NCBI GenBank assembly: GCA_023515725.1
Contig: JALDTO010000215.1
Location: 335,053 to 399,052 of the forward strand
DNA: 64,000 nt
Direction: 5' to 3'
DNA from: Amoeboaphelidium protococcarum X5
Lineage: Eukaryota; Fungi; Aphelidiomycota
The notes beneath the pieces were generated by a model. The model was given only the letters and a program-made list of their open reading frames with translations, had not been told where the DNA came from and made no database searches. The position numbers and the translations under genes are program-made. Shown here in pieces: positions 1 through 15,666 of the stretch. Numbering within the stretch: position 1 is the first letter of the stretch; each line of letters begins with the position of its first letter.

Positions 1-538
1 AAAAACTATTTTCCCAGATATAGCAATTAGTACTTAAACTTTAGACTTACAATGATCCCATAAGTTATAGCTGAATGCACACGTAAAAATGTTGACTATA
101 TTTGTCTAAACGTTTAGCTAAAAATGTAAAGAAAGGGAGGACAAGGCGCGCGGAAGAAAACTAGAGGAAAATTCTCTGTACGATAATTATCACTCACTCG
201 CTCACTCAGTCAATCAGTCACAGTGCAATGGCTTCAATGGAGATGTAGGAAATAGGAGAGGAAAGACTGACGCGTACATTGGAACGCCTCCAATTGATCA
301 ACTCAAGGAGATATGTTTCATATTGTTAACACTCAGCCTCCCATGCCCACCAAGAATGAGTCTCCAGTATTGTGGATAATGTTGAATGATTGATTGGTCA
401 AGCCTTAGAACATCCCAACAGCCAATCGTAGAATACCATGTAATTGGCATTATTTTTCGGTCACATAAACTATACTTCATGTTACTTCGACTACACAGTA
501 CATTGTCCTTTTTCAACTCAGATACCGTCTTCTTTAAA

Positions 539-2158
539 ATGTAATACCTTGTGTGGAAATTGTGCTCACTTTTAGCGACAGTTGTGATCTTCACGCGGTC
601 GATACCAAGCGAAGATCTGCCGATCAAATGCCGATTGAGAGACAATGCGCCTGCTGGTGAAGGACCAGATAGTTGTGCGTCCTGTACAAGGTAAGCCGTT
701 GTAAGTGAATTACCTTCTATACCCTGCTCTTCTAATGCTATTACTCGGGCATCTTCATCTACTGCATCCTCCACGGTCTAGGTGATTTCTTCTACGCCGA
801 GCACTATTACTTGGGCTGTTGTGAAAAGCACTACTTGCACATCGTCGCAGTTAATCAATACCTTTAGCTAAGATAAGACCTCTGCTATTCCAACTACTTA
901 GCCCAAGTTCACCTAATATACCTCCTCTCAGATCACTAGTTCATAGTCTAAAGCTGTTAAAACCGAGTACGGTTCAACGTCTACACTGTCTACTAATTAT
1001 ACCTCTACTGCAGATTAGATACCCTCGTTAACTAAAACTTCCTCTTGCTTATTAAGAACTTCTGCACAGGAAAGTATTTTTGCTTCAACGTCTACTACTA
1101 TAGCAGTGTCCACTACCACTGTAATATCTACCCCTAGTACAAAGACGCGTCGTAAAATCCGTACATAACGTGTAAATTCGTCTTATTACTCTTCTGCTGC
1201 ATCATCTAGTGCATTGTCTGAGACTAAGACTCGTCCGACTGCATCAACCACGGTGCGTACGACAACACATTAGTCTATTCCTACCTCCAAGCCACTCAGG
1301 TCTTCCGCAAAAGTCTCCAAGACCAAGACCAGGCCTACCACTTCCAAGAAAATGTCTACTACTACTGTTCATCCTCCCAAGACTACCACGAGACAGCCTG
1401 TGATCACGCCTACTCCAGAGAGACCGTAAAACCCAGTCACTGTGCCTGAACCTCCGCCTCCTGCTAAACTGCCTATGCCACTCTCATAAAAACCCTTAGT
1501 TCCCGCATCGCCTCCTCCACCTGCACCGCCAGTTGACGATGTACCAGTGGACAATGGCAGTAGTTGCTGTGCATCCCCTCTGGTGTTTGATGTCAACTAC
1601 GATTGGCGAGTGTAAGTCAAATTTGGCACCGGTATCTGGCTGGATCCTAGTAATGTAACTGAACTGCATGCCGGAGCTGACGGTGGTGATGTGATGCTGG
1701 CAATGCCTGATATGAATGGAAATGGTCAGATTGATATTGAAGAAGTGTTCGGTAATAGAACATTGAGTCCATTTACTAATGTGTCATATAAGGCAGCTAA
1801 TGGGTTTGAGGCTCTGCATTAGTTGGCTATTGAAGCTGATGCATAGCCTTTATGTACAGAGAAGTCTGCCAATCCTAAAGATAAGTCTGTATTGGTGTCA
1901 CTACCTAAACTGAAAGCATGTCTGTAAAAATATGGTCATGATCTTGGCTTCATAAGTGGGGATAATGTGAAGGTATTGTAACCTCTGAATCAAGTGGACA
2001 CTGTTGATGTGGTCGATTACGTTGAGACTCCTGATGATTGTAAAGGTGGTATGAAGCATGCTCAAAAGGGTCATTATTATGATAAAGCTGGTCATGAATG
2101 GCGCGTTGATGATGTCTGGTTCATGACTGGAACTCCGTACAGTAAAGGTTTAATTTGA
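539..2158 (+). CDS. Secreted protein (539 aa): signal peptide, Ser/Thr/Pro-rich stalk, C-terminal FrpC self-processing-module-like Ca-binding domain (copy 1)
   Basis: Open from ATG 539 to TGA 2156-2158 with TAR=Gln. N-terminus MQYLVWKLCSLLATVVIF. C-terminal domain SPLVFDVNYD...DMNGNGQIDIEEVFGN...AANGFEAL...DDVWF. Near-identical paralogous domain at 14161-14745. Confidence 0.85.
1574..2158 (+). repeat. Inverted repeat arm 1 (585 bp), partner at 14161-14745
   Basis: Gap-free alignment to the reverse complement of 14161-14745; differences are almost all synonymous. Confidence 0.95.
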
Positions 2159-2400
2159 GTGTTTTTTCTTTAGCAATATGTTAGTACCAAGCGCCTTTAT
2201 AAGCATGAATTTCTAAACAATATAGTATATCGGTATAAAGGTGCTATTTGCAGGTTCAATCACGTTTACTTTGAATGTATCAACGCGCGGATCTATGTTG
2301 TACTCAGTCAACGTCGTTATGAGTACTAAAATAGCATTGGGAAATCATGTTGACCTCATTAAAAAGACAGAAAAGGATATTCCTATCACTTGTAATAGTA

Positions 2401-2898
2401 ATGATGAACTTTTAGTCCAAAGGAAGACATTGCTGCTGCAGCCATCGCTGTTCACACTCGTGGAGTTTAGCAGAAAAGTCCGAGTTGAAACAACAGAAGA
2501 ATACAGTCAAGTCCGCGATCAATCCGAGTTCATAATAATCATCTGGTCATAAATTATCTGATTATAATCCAGGCATTTACCAGAACATTAGTATTAACAA
2601 TTCATATTTTAAAGCAGATGCTATAAAGTAGTAACAACAGTTTATGGATGGTGATGCAATCACGTTGGAAGGCAAGATTAACAGTCAATCTGAGTCGTCT
2701 CGAGAAGTGCCAATATCGTTTAATCAGGACTATGAATGGAGAAGATATAGAGGGCATCGCGTTCACTGGGATGATGTAATGGTTGACAGAAAGATTATCA
2801 ACATGTATATATAATAAGATCATCAGGTGGGTAGTGCATTGAAGAATTTGCGCCAGCATGTGGACATGATGAAATCCAAGTACTGTGGAAATAGATGA
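2401..2898 (+). CDS. Hypothetical protein (165 aa)
   Basis: ATG 2401 to TGA 2896-2898 with TAR=Gln; Q runs mix TAG/TAA/CAA/CAG; stop lies 13 bp from the convergent SAC2 stop. No recognised family. Confidence 0.5.
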
Positions 2899-2911
2899 TA
2901 GACATAGACTT

Positions 2912-5731
2912 TCATTAACGCTTTTTAAATACAGACATTGCCTACTTTACAAAATTGACAGGAGACTTGATGCTTTACTGCTATTGTTATTCCTCGGCTG
3001 CAGGCATATATTTATTCAACTCGCAATCAAGCACGAAATCCATCTACGAAGACTCCAATGATCTTTCATGGTCAGGTATGCCCAAAACTTGATTAGCGAT
3101 TTTGGCCACCACCTCCTCTGCAGTATTCTAACTTTCCAGAATATCATCAGCGTCTATGAGAATCAGCAAATGTTCTTTACTAACTGAAGTATTAGCAGGT
3201 CGCTTGGGCCTGGGAGAGGAGACGTTAGTTCTCTATACAGATTAGCTAGATTATTAATACAATATTACGACCCCATAGAGATTTTTCACCCGGTTTAAAG
3301 ATACTCCACCTTTAAGCAACTGTGTGATACTAGCCAGAGGAATATTCACCGCCTCTATAACTTTATCAAGGTCCAAATCATAAGTTGCCAAATAAAGAGA
3401 ATCTTGTGTCAAAATTAGACCTCTATCACTCATCACTGGAATATGGCCATGTAAACTAACTCCTTAAACAATCTTCTTGTACATCACAATATCGTCTGGC
3501 GATATGAGGTACTATTCCACAGTAGTTAACATATCGTGTCGAAGCTCTGATGGCTATGAACTTTACTATTCAGGCAAAGTACTCTTGTCAGCTTGAGTTT
3601 ACTCCTTCTGCAGTTTACCATCAAACTATTCGAGTGAAATCACACCTTGTACGTAATCAATAACATTCTGCCTAAAGGAATCTCTGAAATTATTCTGATA
3701 CAGTCGATAGACACTGTTAGAACCGTCTTGAAGAATACCAGTCCACTGTCTCTTATTAGTCCGGGTGATGTCTCCCTTGAGCGCATTCGTGCTAGTATAA
3801 GCTGATGATATGGCATCCCCATTGTCCGCCCACAGGATCTAAAAGCTCTTCTCAAAATCACCAAAATACGCCAATCCCTATTCTGGGGAGGAGTGAATAC
3901 CAAGCTTTAAGAGTTGTTAATTTAGCATCTGCCGCCCAAGAAGAGACTGTACAAGATTAGTTCTGTCGAGACAATCTATGCAATTGGTTCTAAATGTACC
4001 ACATTAGGATGCCAAAACTTTATTCTCATCTTTCCACAGATACTAAAATCTATCTATGAATTGTTAGATAAGGGATACCAATTTACTTAAGTTCTCATAT
4101 TTCATCTTCTTGCACTCCTAATGGACATCGAATTCGATCATGGATAAATGTTGATTAGCCAATCGAGTCATAATCTCTGCAAACTGCGAACCAACTATAG
4201 CCTCACGTCCATTCTATTCCACAAGACTTATGCTCACGATATCTCCGTACAATCGACGCAGTTCATCATAATGACTAGTCAAAGCATCCAGATTCTCCTC
4301 CTAAGAGCCAAACAATTCTGGAATCGGTTTCCGTTATGTGGAATTCTATTTCCAAAATAAAGGAATTGAACCTCTGACTTGAACAAAACTAGCCAAATGA
4401 GATTACTTAGCGACACCAGATGTTGGATTATCACCATCTTCAATGCTTTAATCGCCATCGCTTTCAAAGATTCGTATTCGTTGTTCAGTCTCTACGAAAT
4501 TCGCCACATGTCCATCAGAGTCGATACCACGCCTTTTGTATCTCATCCCAGATCTAAATCTACTCCGCCTGCTAAGAAGTGCCAACTGAAATGGATGACC
4601 TTCAATCTGGCTATCGACAACACCAACAAATCCCTACATGACAGGAATAAGGAATGGCTCCACCAATTTACTGAATTGAAGAGAACCATCATTAGGATTG
4701 AGAAAGGGAGAGCAGAGGTGTCTATTCCACCAAAATCGGTCGTCCAATTAGCCAAAAAGCTTTTAAGAATTCGCTCTCTTGTAAAGCTTGCGCTGCTCCG
4801 AGTTGGTAATGTCAAAATTGCCACTAGAATAGAAAAAGCATCCAGACACAAGTAGGGATTTTAACGTGGCAATAACACTACGATCCTTTAATACGTGCAA
4901 AAGCTAAGCGTCTTTACTCACAGTACTACTGTTATTAGATGCCGATGTCTAAGCCAATTCGTCCTAAGATAGTCTATTTCTATTGCTAAATATTGAAGAC
5001 ACGGTCTATGAGTCAATCTGATTAAACTCTGCGTAGTTGGTGGGCTGCATTTACATATAAGATTTTATAGAGGATGCAAACTAACCACCAACTTTCAGGA
5101 AATAATTCAAACTCTTTTTAATGTAATCAGATGAAGCCTGAGATTACTCAACGGTTTGTATTGCATCTTACATCTCAGTATATCCCATATCAACCTGGCC
5201 ATCACCATCTTATAGCATATCACTCGATTATGTCTTGCTATTCTTCAACTTGTTCTACAGATAAAGACAATCAATATTTGACTCTCAATCACAAATATAT
5301 ACAGCTTACTATGATAGTGACAGACTGAGAAGCTCCACGATGAGATAGAGGGATAAAGTGGACATCAGACACTTTTAGAACGGAGCAGTCATCAATCACG
5401 CCAACACTCTTGGCTTTAGTCACAACAATCAAATATGAGCCTAAACTTGAAAAAGAAAGATAGATTTAAATTTATATGAGATGATAACAATATTACCAGT
5501 GAAGAGCTATATGATACCGAGGATCCCCTCAATGGAGCAATGACAACTATCGGATGGCTAATCAAAACTCTCCTATAGCTACTCTACATCACACGAAAAA
5601 TAATTGTTAGCAGGAAACCAAACAAAATATAAAATACCGTGTACATTGACTTTCAGAGTCTAGAAATATATAGACAGTGAAGAGCATTCACCTGACACAG
5701 CAATATGATCGTCCTAAACACTAAGCTTCAT
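2912..5731 (-). CDS. INPP5F: SAC-domain phosphoinositide phosphatase, SAC2/INPP5F-like (3 introns near the 5' end)
   Basis: DDRFWWN, SRRSRFRSGMRYKRRGIDSDGHVANFVETEQ, catalytic RTNCIDCLDRTNLVQ, WADNGDAIS, and an hSac2-like C-terminal region. Confidence 0.85.
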
Positions 5732-6014
5732 TCTGTTACTGTAATTCCAACCAGCGTGTAAATGAGAGTGAAACGTTCGTTCTATCGCTTTTGAAACGAA
5801 ATGAGAGAAGAGAGTGATCGAGTGATCGACAGTGCGCGGTCTTGCCGTTAGGTCGTTCAAAGTTGGATGAAGACGAGGCGACGCGTAAGTAAGTACTCAG
5901 TCTGAGAGAGAGAGAGAGAAGTTCAAATAGTCACAACAAGATACAAAACCATTCACCTAAGTATGTAGTATATAATAAATTTAAAATGTATAAAATACAA
6001 CACGATTCATGTAT

Positions 6015-6632
6015 TCAGTATGGCGCGTATCCGCCTCTTCCACCGCCACCACCACGACCTCCGCGGTACCCGCCTCCTCTTGATCGACCACCTCTACCGC
6101 GATAGGCGCCTCTGCTCGACGCCCCTCTAGCACCACCACCGCGTCCTCTCCTATTATATCCAGGGATATTAGTCCTCTTGGCGGTGACCTGTAGCATTCG
6201 ATTCCTGAACAGAGTACCACTGAGAATGAGAGCATTTTCAACACTTTTCGCATCAGCAAATTCAACATACGCATGGCCTTTCGGTCGTCCTGTGAACTTA
6301 TCAGCCAGGATAGTGACGCGATTTATAGCACCACAATCTTGGAAATGTGCTTATAACTCTTCAGCTGCAGTCTCATAGTCTACATTACCAACATATATTG
6401 ACCGTTTATCAATTTCTTCCTATGCAGCAGCAGTAGCCTGATTCTCCTATTCCAACTACTCGTGCATCTATCTCACTTTATCAGCCTCTTTCACTAACTC
6501 CTCCACCTTCTACTGTATTTACTCTGGCGTCTACACGGGCAATCCAAAAGAATCTTCCAATTCCATAGCCTTATCATCATTTTGATTATTATTACTATTA
6601 TTATTATAATTAGTGGCTGTATTGGAATCCAT
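6015..6632 (-). CDS. PABPN1: Nuclear poly(A)-binding protein (PABPN1/Pab2)
   Basis: Coiled coil, then RRM ([10 protein letters not shown]...[22 protein letters not shown]...KRTNIPG), then an RGG tail ending YAPY. Confidence 0.93.
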
Positions 6633-6790
6633 TTTGAGAGTCTTTGTCGAATTCTACGAGTTTTTATTGATCAAATCAACACGGCAAAGAGAAGAAGGAG
6701 AAAATTCAGCAAAGATCAAATGAAATACTTCAAGGGACTGCCACCTAGTGCCTATACGCTCTAATAAATTGATGACGATATGAAAGGACT

Positions 6791-7942
6791 TCATTCATTA
6801 GTACTTTGTATCACAGCTCTTATGATTTAGATATTAGATAGAAAGAAGGCGATACTTGATGCGAACAATTCAATGAACGTGTTCTCGCCCTTAATCTCCA
6901 AGCGGTAGGCGAAGTACAACCACACGGCTTGCGACAATACCCAAAATGTTGTGCAAAAGAGTAGCTACTTCATAGACATTCGGACATGCTACTAAATCAA
7001 AGGGATAAAGACCAGGAACCAGATAAAGTATTGAGAGGTTATCACCTTGTTGAAAGATACAAACACAAAGGTGCACAGGAAGACGGCCATTATAAAATCT
7101 CGTGCAGCGTATCGCCACGAAATGACCAACAGTAGAGCAACCTGCGGTAGAAATGTGAGGATTGAAGAGTATCTGATAGTCGTTATGTGATTAGCCGCTG
7201 TGACCTGCATGTACATCAAAGTATTATATACGGCAAAGTTATGACGATGATCTTGTCTCCCAATATGATACAGATAGGCATTGTGTAAGAATTCCATCCC
7301 ATACCGTTAATAAAACACGACAGTCAGTCCACCTAATGAGAGTAGAGAAGCCACGCCAAACTTTAGAGATTAAGTGATACTTGCAGAGAGCGTATTAGAT
7401 CGAGAGTAAATGAACAAAGCGATAGAAGGTGCATAAATCAATGGGTAAATCTTCCAGTGAATTGAGACTCCGTATATCAAGCCAGCCAAGAATAACTTCT
7501 AGTTCTACAGCAGGTATATGGTGATAATGACCAGTAAAACAATGATACACTCTGCATTACCACGAGTAGATATAGCGATTACAAATGGGTTCAGCCACCA
7601 CCACCATACGACCGCATTAGACTATGTACCAGACCGCGCCAGCAGTAATTCCATAAAGCAACCGCATATGATATCACCAGCGACGAATAATAATTTACCA
7701 AATGACTAGTCTAATACGTGGTTCCCTGTCATCATAAGAGCCAGGAGCGGTGTATATCGGTAAGTGGATCTTTCATAAGGACTCTATCCCTAGAGCATGA
7801 ATCGGGCAGCATCAGTAAAAACTTCATAGTCAATGTCCGTGTATCTAATTCCCCATAGTTCTAGTCCAGACACAGCCACCAACAATACTCTGACCAGAAT
7901 AGCAACTATTACCAGCCATCGCTTCATCGCGAGAAGAGTCAT
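6791..7942 (-). CDS. GPI14: GPI mannosyltransferase I (PIG-M/Gpi14)
   Basis: [52 protein letters not shown]. Confidence 0.93.
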
Positions 7943-8200
7943 ATAATTTACAAAGCCGTCAATAGCAGAAGATGGGGCTTTACTGATTCTTCAACCGTAT
8001 GAAAGTCAATATAATTCTATGAAACCTTCAGCGAAAATATTCCAAGAACCGTCGCTCTCTTTTAGTTTTAATTCTTTTCAGACCAACCGCGCGAGTGCTT
8101 TACCAGCTTCATCACAATTTATTTTCGCACTTTCTGTAACGATTTTTCGTATTCATTCCCACGAATATATCACAAAAATCAGTGTAGATAAAAATTCAGG

Positions 8201-9124
8201 ATGGCGTAATAACTCAAATCTTCAGTCATTATTCCGTCGATGCATGCGATCAGTCGAGTAAAGATTCCATTGCTTACCAATAGCGTGCCTGCCGTGTAAC
8301 CGCTCAAGTGGACGCGTGTAGAGGAGCGCACAGGACTACTGGCCATCAAGAAGGGAATGATGAGCGTGTGGGATCAGTAGGGCAGACGCGTACCAGCCAC
8401 TGTTCTGTAATTGGATAAGACTATCGTTTTGGGACACAAGACTGAGCGTCGCGATGGATATGACGCGTTAGTTGTCGGCTGCCGATCAGTTGATGTGGAC
8501 ACTATGGAGAAGTTGGACAAGTATTAATCACACGTTGCCGTATCGCGCCAGGCAGCTATTGGATATTGTGTCAAGCATTTTAGTGAATTCAAAGTATCTC
8601 CTAATGGATTTATCCCGGTTGGCACTTTGTTAAACGCAGCTCACTTTGTGCCGGGTCAATATGTTGATGTGCAGTCGAGATCGAAAGATAAAGGCTTCTA
8701 GGGTGTAGTGAAGAGGTGGGGATTCCATGGTCAATCCGCGTCACATGGTGTCTCTAAAGCTCATCGCTCAGGTGGTTCGATTGGTATGAGAAAGACACCG
8801 GGTAAAGTGTTCAAAGGTAAGAAGATGCCTGGGCACATGGGTGATGAGAACGTTACGGTACACAGCTTGCAGGTTCTTCGCGTCGATCGACTGTTAAATC
8901 TGCTCTATATCAAGGGCAGTATTCCGGGTGATAGTGAGAGCTGTGTTAAAGTATGGGATTCTCTATTCAAAAGTGAGGAACAGTTTGATCCTTACCTGAA
9001 TCCGCCTCCATTCCCAACTATAAATCCTCAATCTTTAGAACTGATGCCTGCTGAGTTGAGTATACAGTCTGGAGATGATGCCGAATAGTCCTTTGCATCA
9101 AAGTACCAATACAAAATAGACTGA
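8201..9124 (+). CDS. MRPL3: Mitochondrial ribosomal protein uL3m
   Basis: [33 protein letters not shown] (Q=TAG), GKKMPGHMG. Confidence 0.93.
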
Positions 9125-9241
9125 TTTTTATTGCATTCAGCGTGTAAATATTTTTATTATATAAGCCAGTTTACACTGTAATTAAGTACAGATTTGAAGC
9201 AAGCTTGCTAAAATTACAGCAGTACACTAATGCAAGAATTC

Positions 9242-11757
<2,516 letters not shown>

Positions 11758-11969
11758 TTTATAGCGATACTCGATATAATAGGGACCAATTATGAGTCAG
11801 TCTGTTAACAGTGAAGACAAGCAAAGAGGAAAGAAATGGACAATGCACAGCAACGTCAAAGAAGAATTCTCTGCTAATAGCGCGATTGTCATCGTCGTCA
11901 TCGTAATGCTTCAACGGGAGGAAACTTTTTGAGGAATATCAACAAGTGAGTGATACCTCGGACATTCTT

Positions 11970-13156
11970 ATGCAAACAGTCAGCAGTACGGCGTTAAAGA
12001 CAATGACGCGATAAATTTTGGCCAGAAATTTTGTGAGATATCAGGGAGTGAACAGTTAACAGCCGTCATCATTGATAAAATAGAGTAAATTAAAAAGTTT
12101 GTACCATCTTATGCGATTGGATAAACCTATTGGCACAAATTTGTTATACATCCCTTGCACATGGTATTTATAGTCTTTGTTACTCTTTTTTTATACATGT
12201 ATGATAACTCTCGTTCTGTAGGTCGATTTTAATGGCTTAGTACTCTTAGAAAGATCACGCTCTGAATAACGTTTAGTCTGGAACGATTGATTATAGTTAG
12301 CAGTTGTATGATGTATTGTCTTGTTCATCAGAGTCGATCAAGATGCTGACACTGTTTGGAGTAGGTGCCGTGGTAATGCGCGGTGCTGGTTGCACTAATA
12401 ACGATATGTGGGATAGAGATTTTGACTCCAAAGTATGTTTTATTGTATTGCTTGTTGTCTGTATACTAACTGATTTGGTATCACCGTATATTGTAGGTGG
12501 AAAGAACGCGTAATCGACCCATTGCCTCAAATCAGATATCAATGAAGGAAGCATGGGGATTTCTTGGGCTTTAATTGACTACTGGTCTTGGCGTTTTGAC
12601 TTAGCTAAATATGAATAGTATTATACTCGGTGCATCGTCTCTACCTCTTGTCGGACTCTATCCGCTGGCTAAACGCGTTACAAAGTATCCGCAGTTCGTT
12701 CTGGGTCTCACATTTAATTGGGGCGCCCTGCTCGGCTGGTGTGCTATGACTGACACCGTGGACTTGTCAGTATGTCTGCCTCTTTATGGTGCTGGAATAT
12801 GTTGGACGCTCATTTATGATACAATTTATGCACATCAAGATAAGCACGATGATGCTAAAGTGGGAATTAAATCTACCGCCTTGACATTTGCACATCGAAC
12901 CAAAACTATCTGCACAGGTCTCAATTGTATGCAAGCTGTACTATTTTTCGGTGCAGGAATAAATAATGATTAAAGTTTTGGATACTTTAGTTCATTAATA
13001 TTAAGCTCTATTTATATGTAGTCTCTTATACAGCGCGTAAATTTAAATAGCGTAGAGTCTTGTAACCAGGCATTTAGAAAGAGTTAATACGCGGGATGGT
13101 TGATTTCTTTAGGCGTTATAGTTGACATACTAATCAAGGCGGTCGTATTAACGTGA
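11970..13156 (+). CDS. COQ2: 4-hydroxybenzoate polyprenyltransferase (2 introns)
   Basis: [25 protein letters not shown]|[36 protein letters not shown]. Confidence 0.93.
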
Positions 13157-13268
13157 TAAATTACGTGACGATGAAATGGAAATATTTTACTTTATCAATT
13201 TTATAATCTATTCATTCAATATTAGTCAACCCTTTTTTAATTGTTTGAACTATCCAGCTTCATAGATA

Positions 13269-13880
13269 TCACAAATTTCTGATGATCACAGCAATAGCGA
13301 CGGACATGAATGCATTGATCAGGGCAAATGATCCAAAGATGGAGTCTGCGTCATTAGTAATGAACGTGGTTGGAGGAGGTCTGTTGCTGCTGCTAGGCAG
13401 AGGAGGCAGATTGTCCTCAGTCTTGGTAGAGTTACTGTTATTATTACGGTTGCCAGACTTTGATGATGGAGGATTCTTCTTCTCTTCCTCCTTTGCCTTG
13501 GCATCATCCTCGGCCTACTGCAGTAGCTATGGATTATCCTTGACGTAGTTACAGCTGTTAGTTGCAGAATCAGTCAGCGCCAGTCTCTGTCCCTGCAGAG
13601 CTAAGTCTTGAGGACACAGTGAGTAACACTGAAGAGCTTTTTGCTGCCCTTCACACAAGCACTGGTAGTACTTGATATCTGGCACTCCAGACAGATCAGC
13701 ACTACAGCCAGCCATAGCATTGTTGGCATCCATGTTACACTGATTGAACTGAACAATCTTGTCACAGATGGCAGGCAGTTGACCATTCACCACAGCCATA
13801 TCATACGCGCTTTGACCAGACGCGAAACTGATCACAGCAGCCAGAGAAGCAATAACGACATTTAACTTGTTTGCAACCAT
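13269..13880 (-). CDS. Secreted Cys-rich, probably GPI-anchored surface protein (203 aa)
   Basis: Signal peptide MVANKLNVVIASLAAVISFASG, 8-Cys domain, S/P/N-rich spacer, hydrophobic C-terminus; TGA at 13269-13271. Confidence 0.75.
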
Positions 13881-14160
13881 ACTTGATATTTAATATTAGA
13901 ATACTTTTAAAATTTTAAGTCTTAATGAGAAAAAGAAGATTATCAGATATAAATCCGCTCTTTTAAGTGATCGGTATATCTCGATTTAGTATCATGCTTC
14001 CCAAAATAGTATCTTGAAGTCTTGGATGGAAACTTCGATAACTATTAATAGCATCAGTGTTAACTCTAAGCTATGGCCAAGTGAAGACAATAAAATAAAC
14101 AACATATTATAAAGATGATTGATAAAGAGAAGATATATTACAACAATATTAGGTAAATGA

Positions 14161-14745
14161 TCAAATAAAACCTTTACTGTACGGAGTTCCAGTCATGAAC
14201 CAAACATCATCGACGCGCCATTCGTGACCTGATTTGTCATAATAATGTCCCTTCTGTGCATGCTTCATACCACCCTTACAATCATCAGGAGTCTCAACGT
14301 AATCAACCACATCAACAGTATCCACTTGATTGAGAGGTTACAATACCTTCACATTATCTCCACTAATGAAGCCAAGATCATGACCATACATTTACAGACA
14401 CGCCTTAAGTTTAGGTAGAGATACCAATACAGATTTGTCTTTAGGATTAGCAGATTTCTCAGTACATAACGGCTAAGCATCAGCTTCAATAGCTAGCTTG
14501 TGTAGAGCTTCGAACCCATTAGCTGCCTTATATGACACATTAGTAAATGGACTCAATGTTCTATTACCGAACACTTCTTCAATATCAATCTGACCATTTC
14601 CGTTCATATCAGGCATTGCCAGCATCACATCACCACCATCAGCGCCGGCATGTAGTTCAGTTACATTACTAGGATCCAACCAGATGCCGGTGCCAAATTT
14701 GACTTACACGCGCCAATCGTAGTTGACATCAAACACCAGGGGGGA
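14161..14745 (-). repeat. Inverted repeat arm 2, partner at 1574-2158
   Basis: Direct sequence comparison. Confidence 0.95.
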
Positions 14746-15666
14746 TGCGCAACAGCTACTACCATTGTCCATAGGTGGCTCTTCAGCTACAGGTGGAGGT
14801 TGAGGTATCGGAGCAGGTACTTAAACAGGATACTGAGGCCGAGGTGCAGACAGAGGAGACTATGGTTTAAAAGACGGCGAAGTTTACATTGGGGATGGCG
14901 ACGGATGAGGATTGGGAGCAGGAGGAGAAGGAGCTTTTGTTGGAGGCTCTTTCGGTGGAGGAGTCTTGTGAGGATATTTATGAGGAGTCTTATGAGTAGT
15001 CAGTGTCGGTGGTGTACCGGTAGGCGGGGATGGAGGTTACTTTGGAGTTGGCGACGGAAGAGGACTGGGTGCAGGATGAGAAGGCGGTTTTGTTGGTGGC
15101 TCTTTCAGTGGTGGAGGGGGAGGATTTTTAGGCTTGTGAGGTGGTTAATGAGGAGTCGGTGTCGGAGATGGAGGCTACTTTGGAGGCTCATACGGTAATG
15201 GAGGCACGGAAGTCGTAATCTCCGGGGTGTTTGTAGAAACACAACTAGTCGTTAGAGTACTTAAAGACGAAGGAGGCACCGACGTTGTTGAATTAGGAGT
15301 TTCCACAGACTGAGACGAGGTTACTATAGAAGTAGATGACTCGGGAGTCTTGGTCTGAACTATACTTCTTTCTACACTAGTGGAGCATGGGGTAGCGGAG
15401 GATTCGCTTTTGTGAACCGCGTCACAGCGGTCACTACCGCAGTTTAAGTAAGACTCTTACGGCATCCCATACTGTTTAGACGCAATCTGACCAGGAGAGC
15501 TACTAGTATCGCTGTTGCTATTGCCATACTGATTTTAATTTAATACTCTCAGACGACACTTGATAATATTAGCACCTTATGGTTCCATATTCTCCGGCAG
15601 AGCCCAAGCAGACGTGACAATCAAAAGCACTAAACCTAAAAATGTAGTATTAGAACTAAAATGCAT
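14161..15666 (-). CDS. Secreted protein (501 aa): signal peptide, Ser/Thr-rich then extensin-like Pro-rich stalk, FrpC-SPM-like domain (copy 2)
   Basis: MHFSSNTTFLGLVLLIVTSAWA signal; IKCRLR motif shared with copy 1; C-terminal 194 aa differ from copy 1 at 4 positions by my reading. Confidence 0.87.

Noticed and set aside
298-774. 158-aa minus-strand ORF
   Set aside because: Overlaps the start of the better-supported plus-strand gene at 539 and has no recognisable motifs.
5904-5919. (GA)8 tract here, and a (CCT)n tract near 21322-21347
   Set aside because: An ordinary microsatellite and a poly-Pro coding run. No CRISPR array, rRNA or tRNA was recognised in the window.
14800-15198. Arg/Trp-rich plus-strand ORF resembling an antimicrobial or protamine-like peptide
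   Set aside because: Antisense shadow of the Pro-rich stalk of the minus-strand gene.
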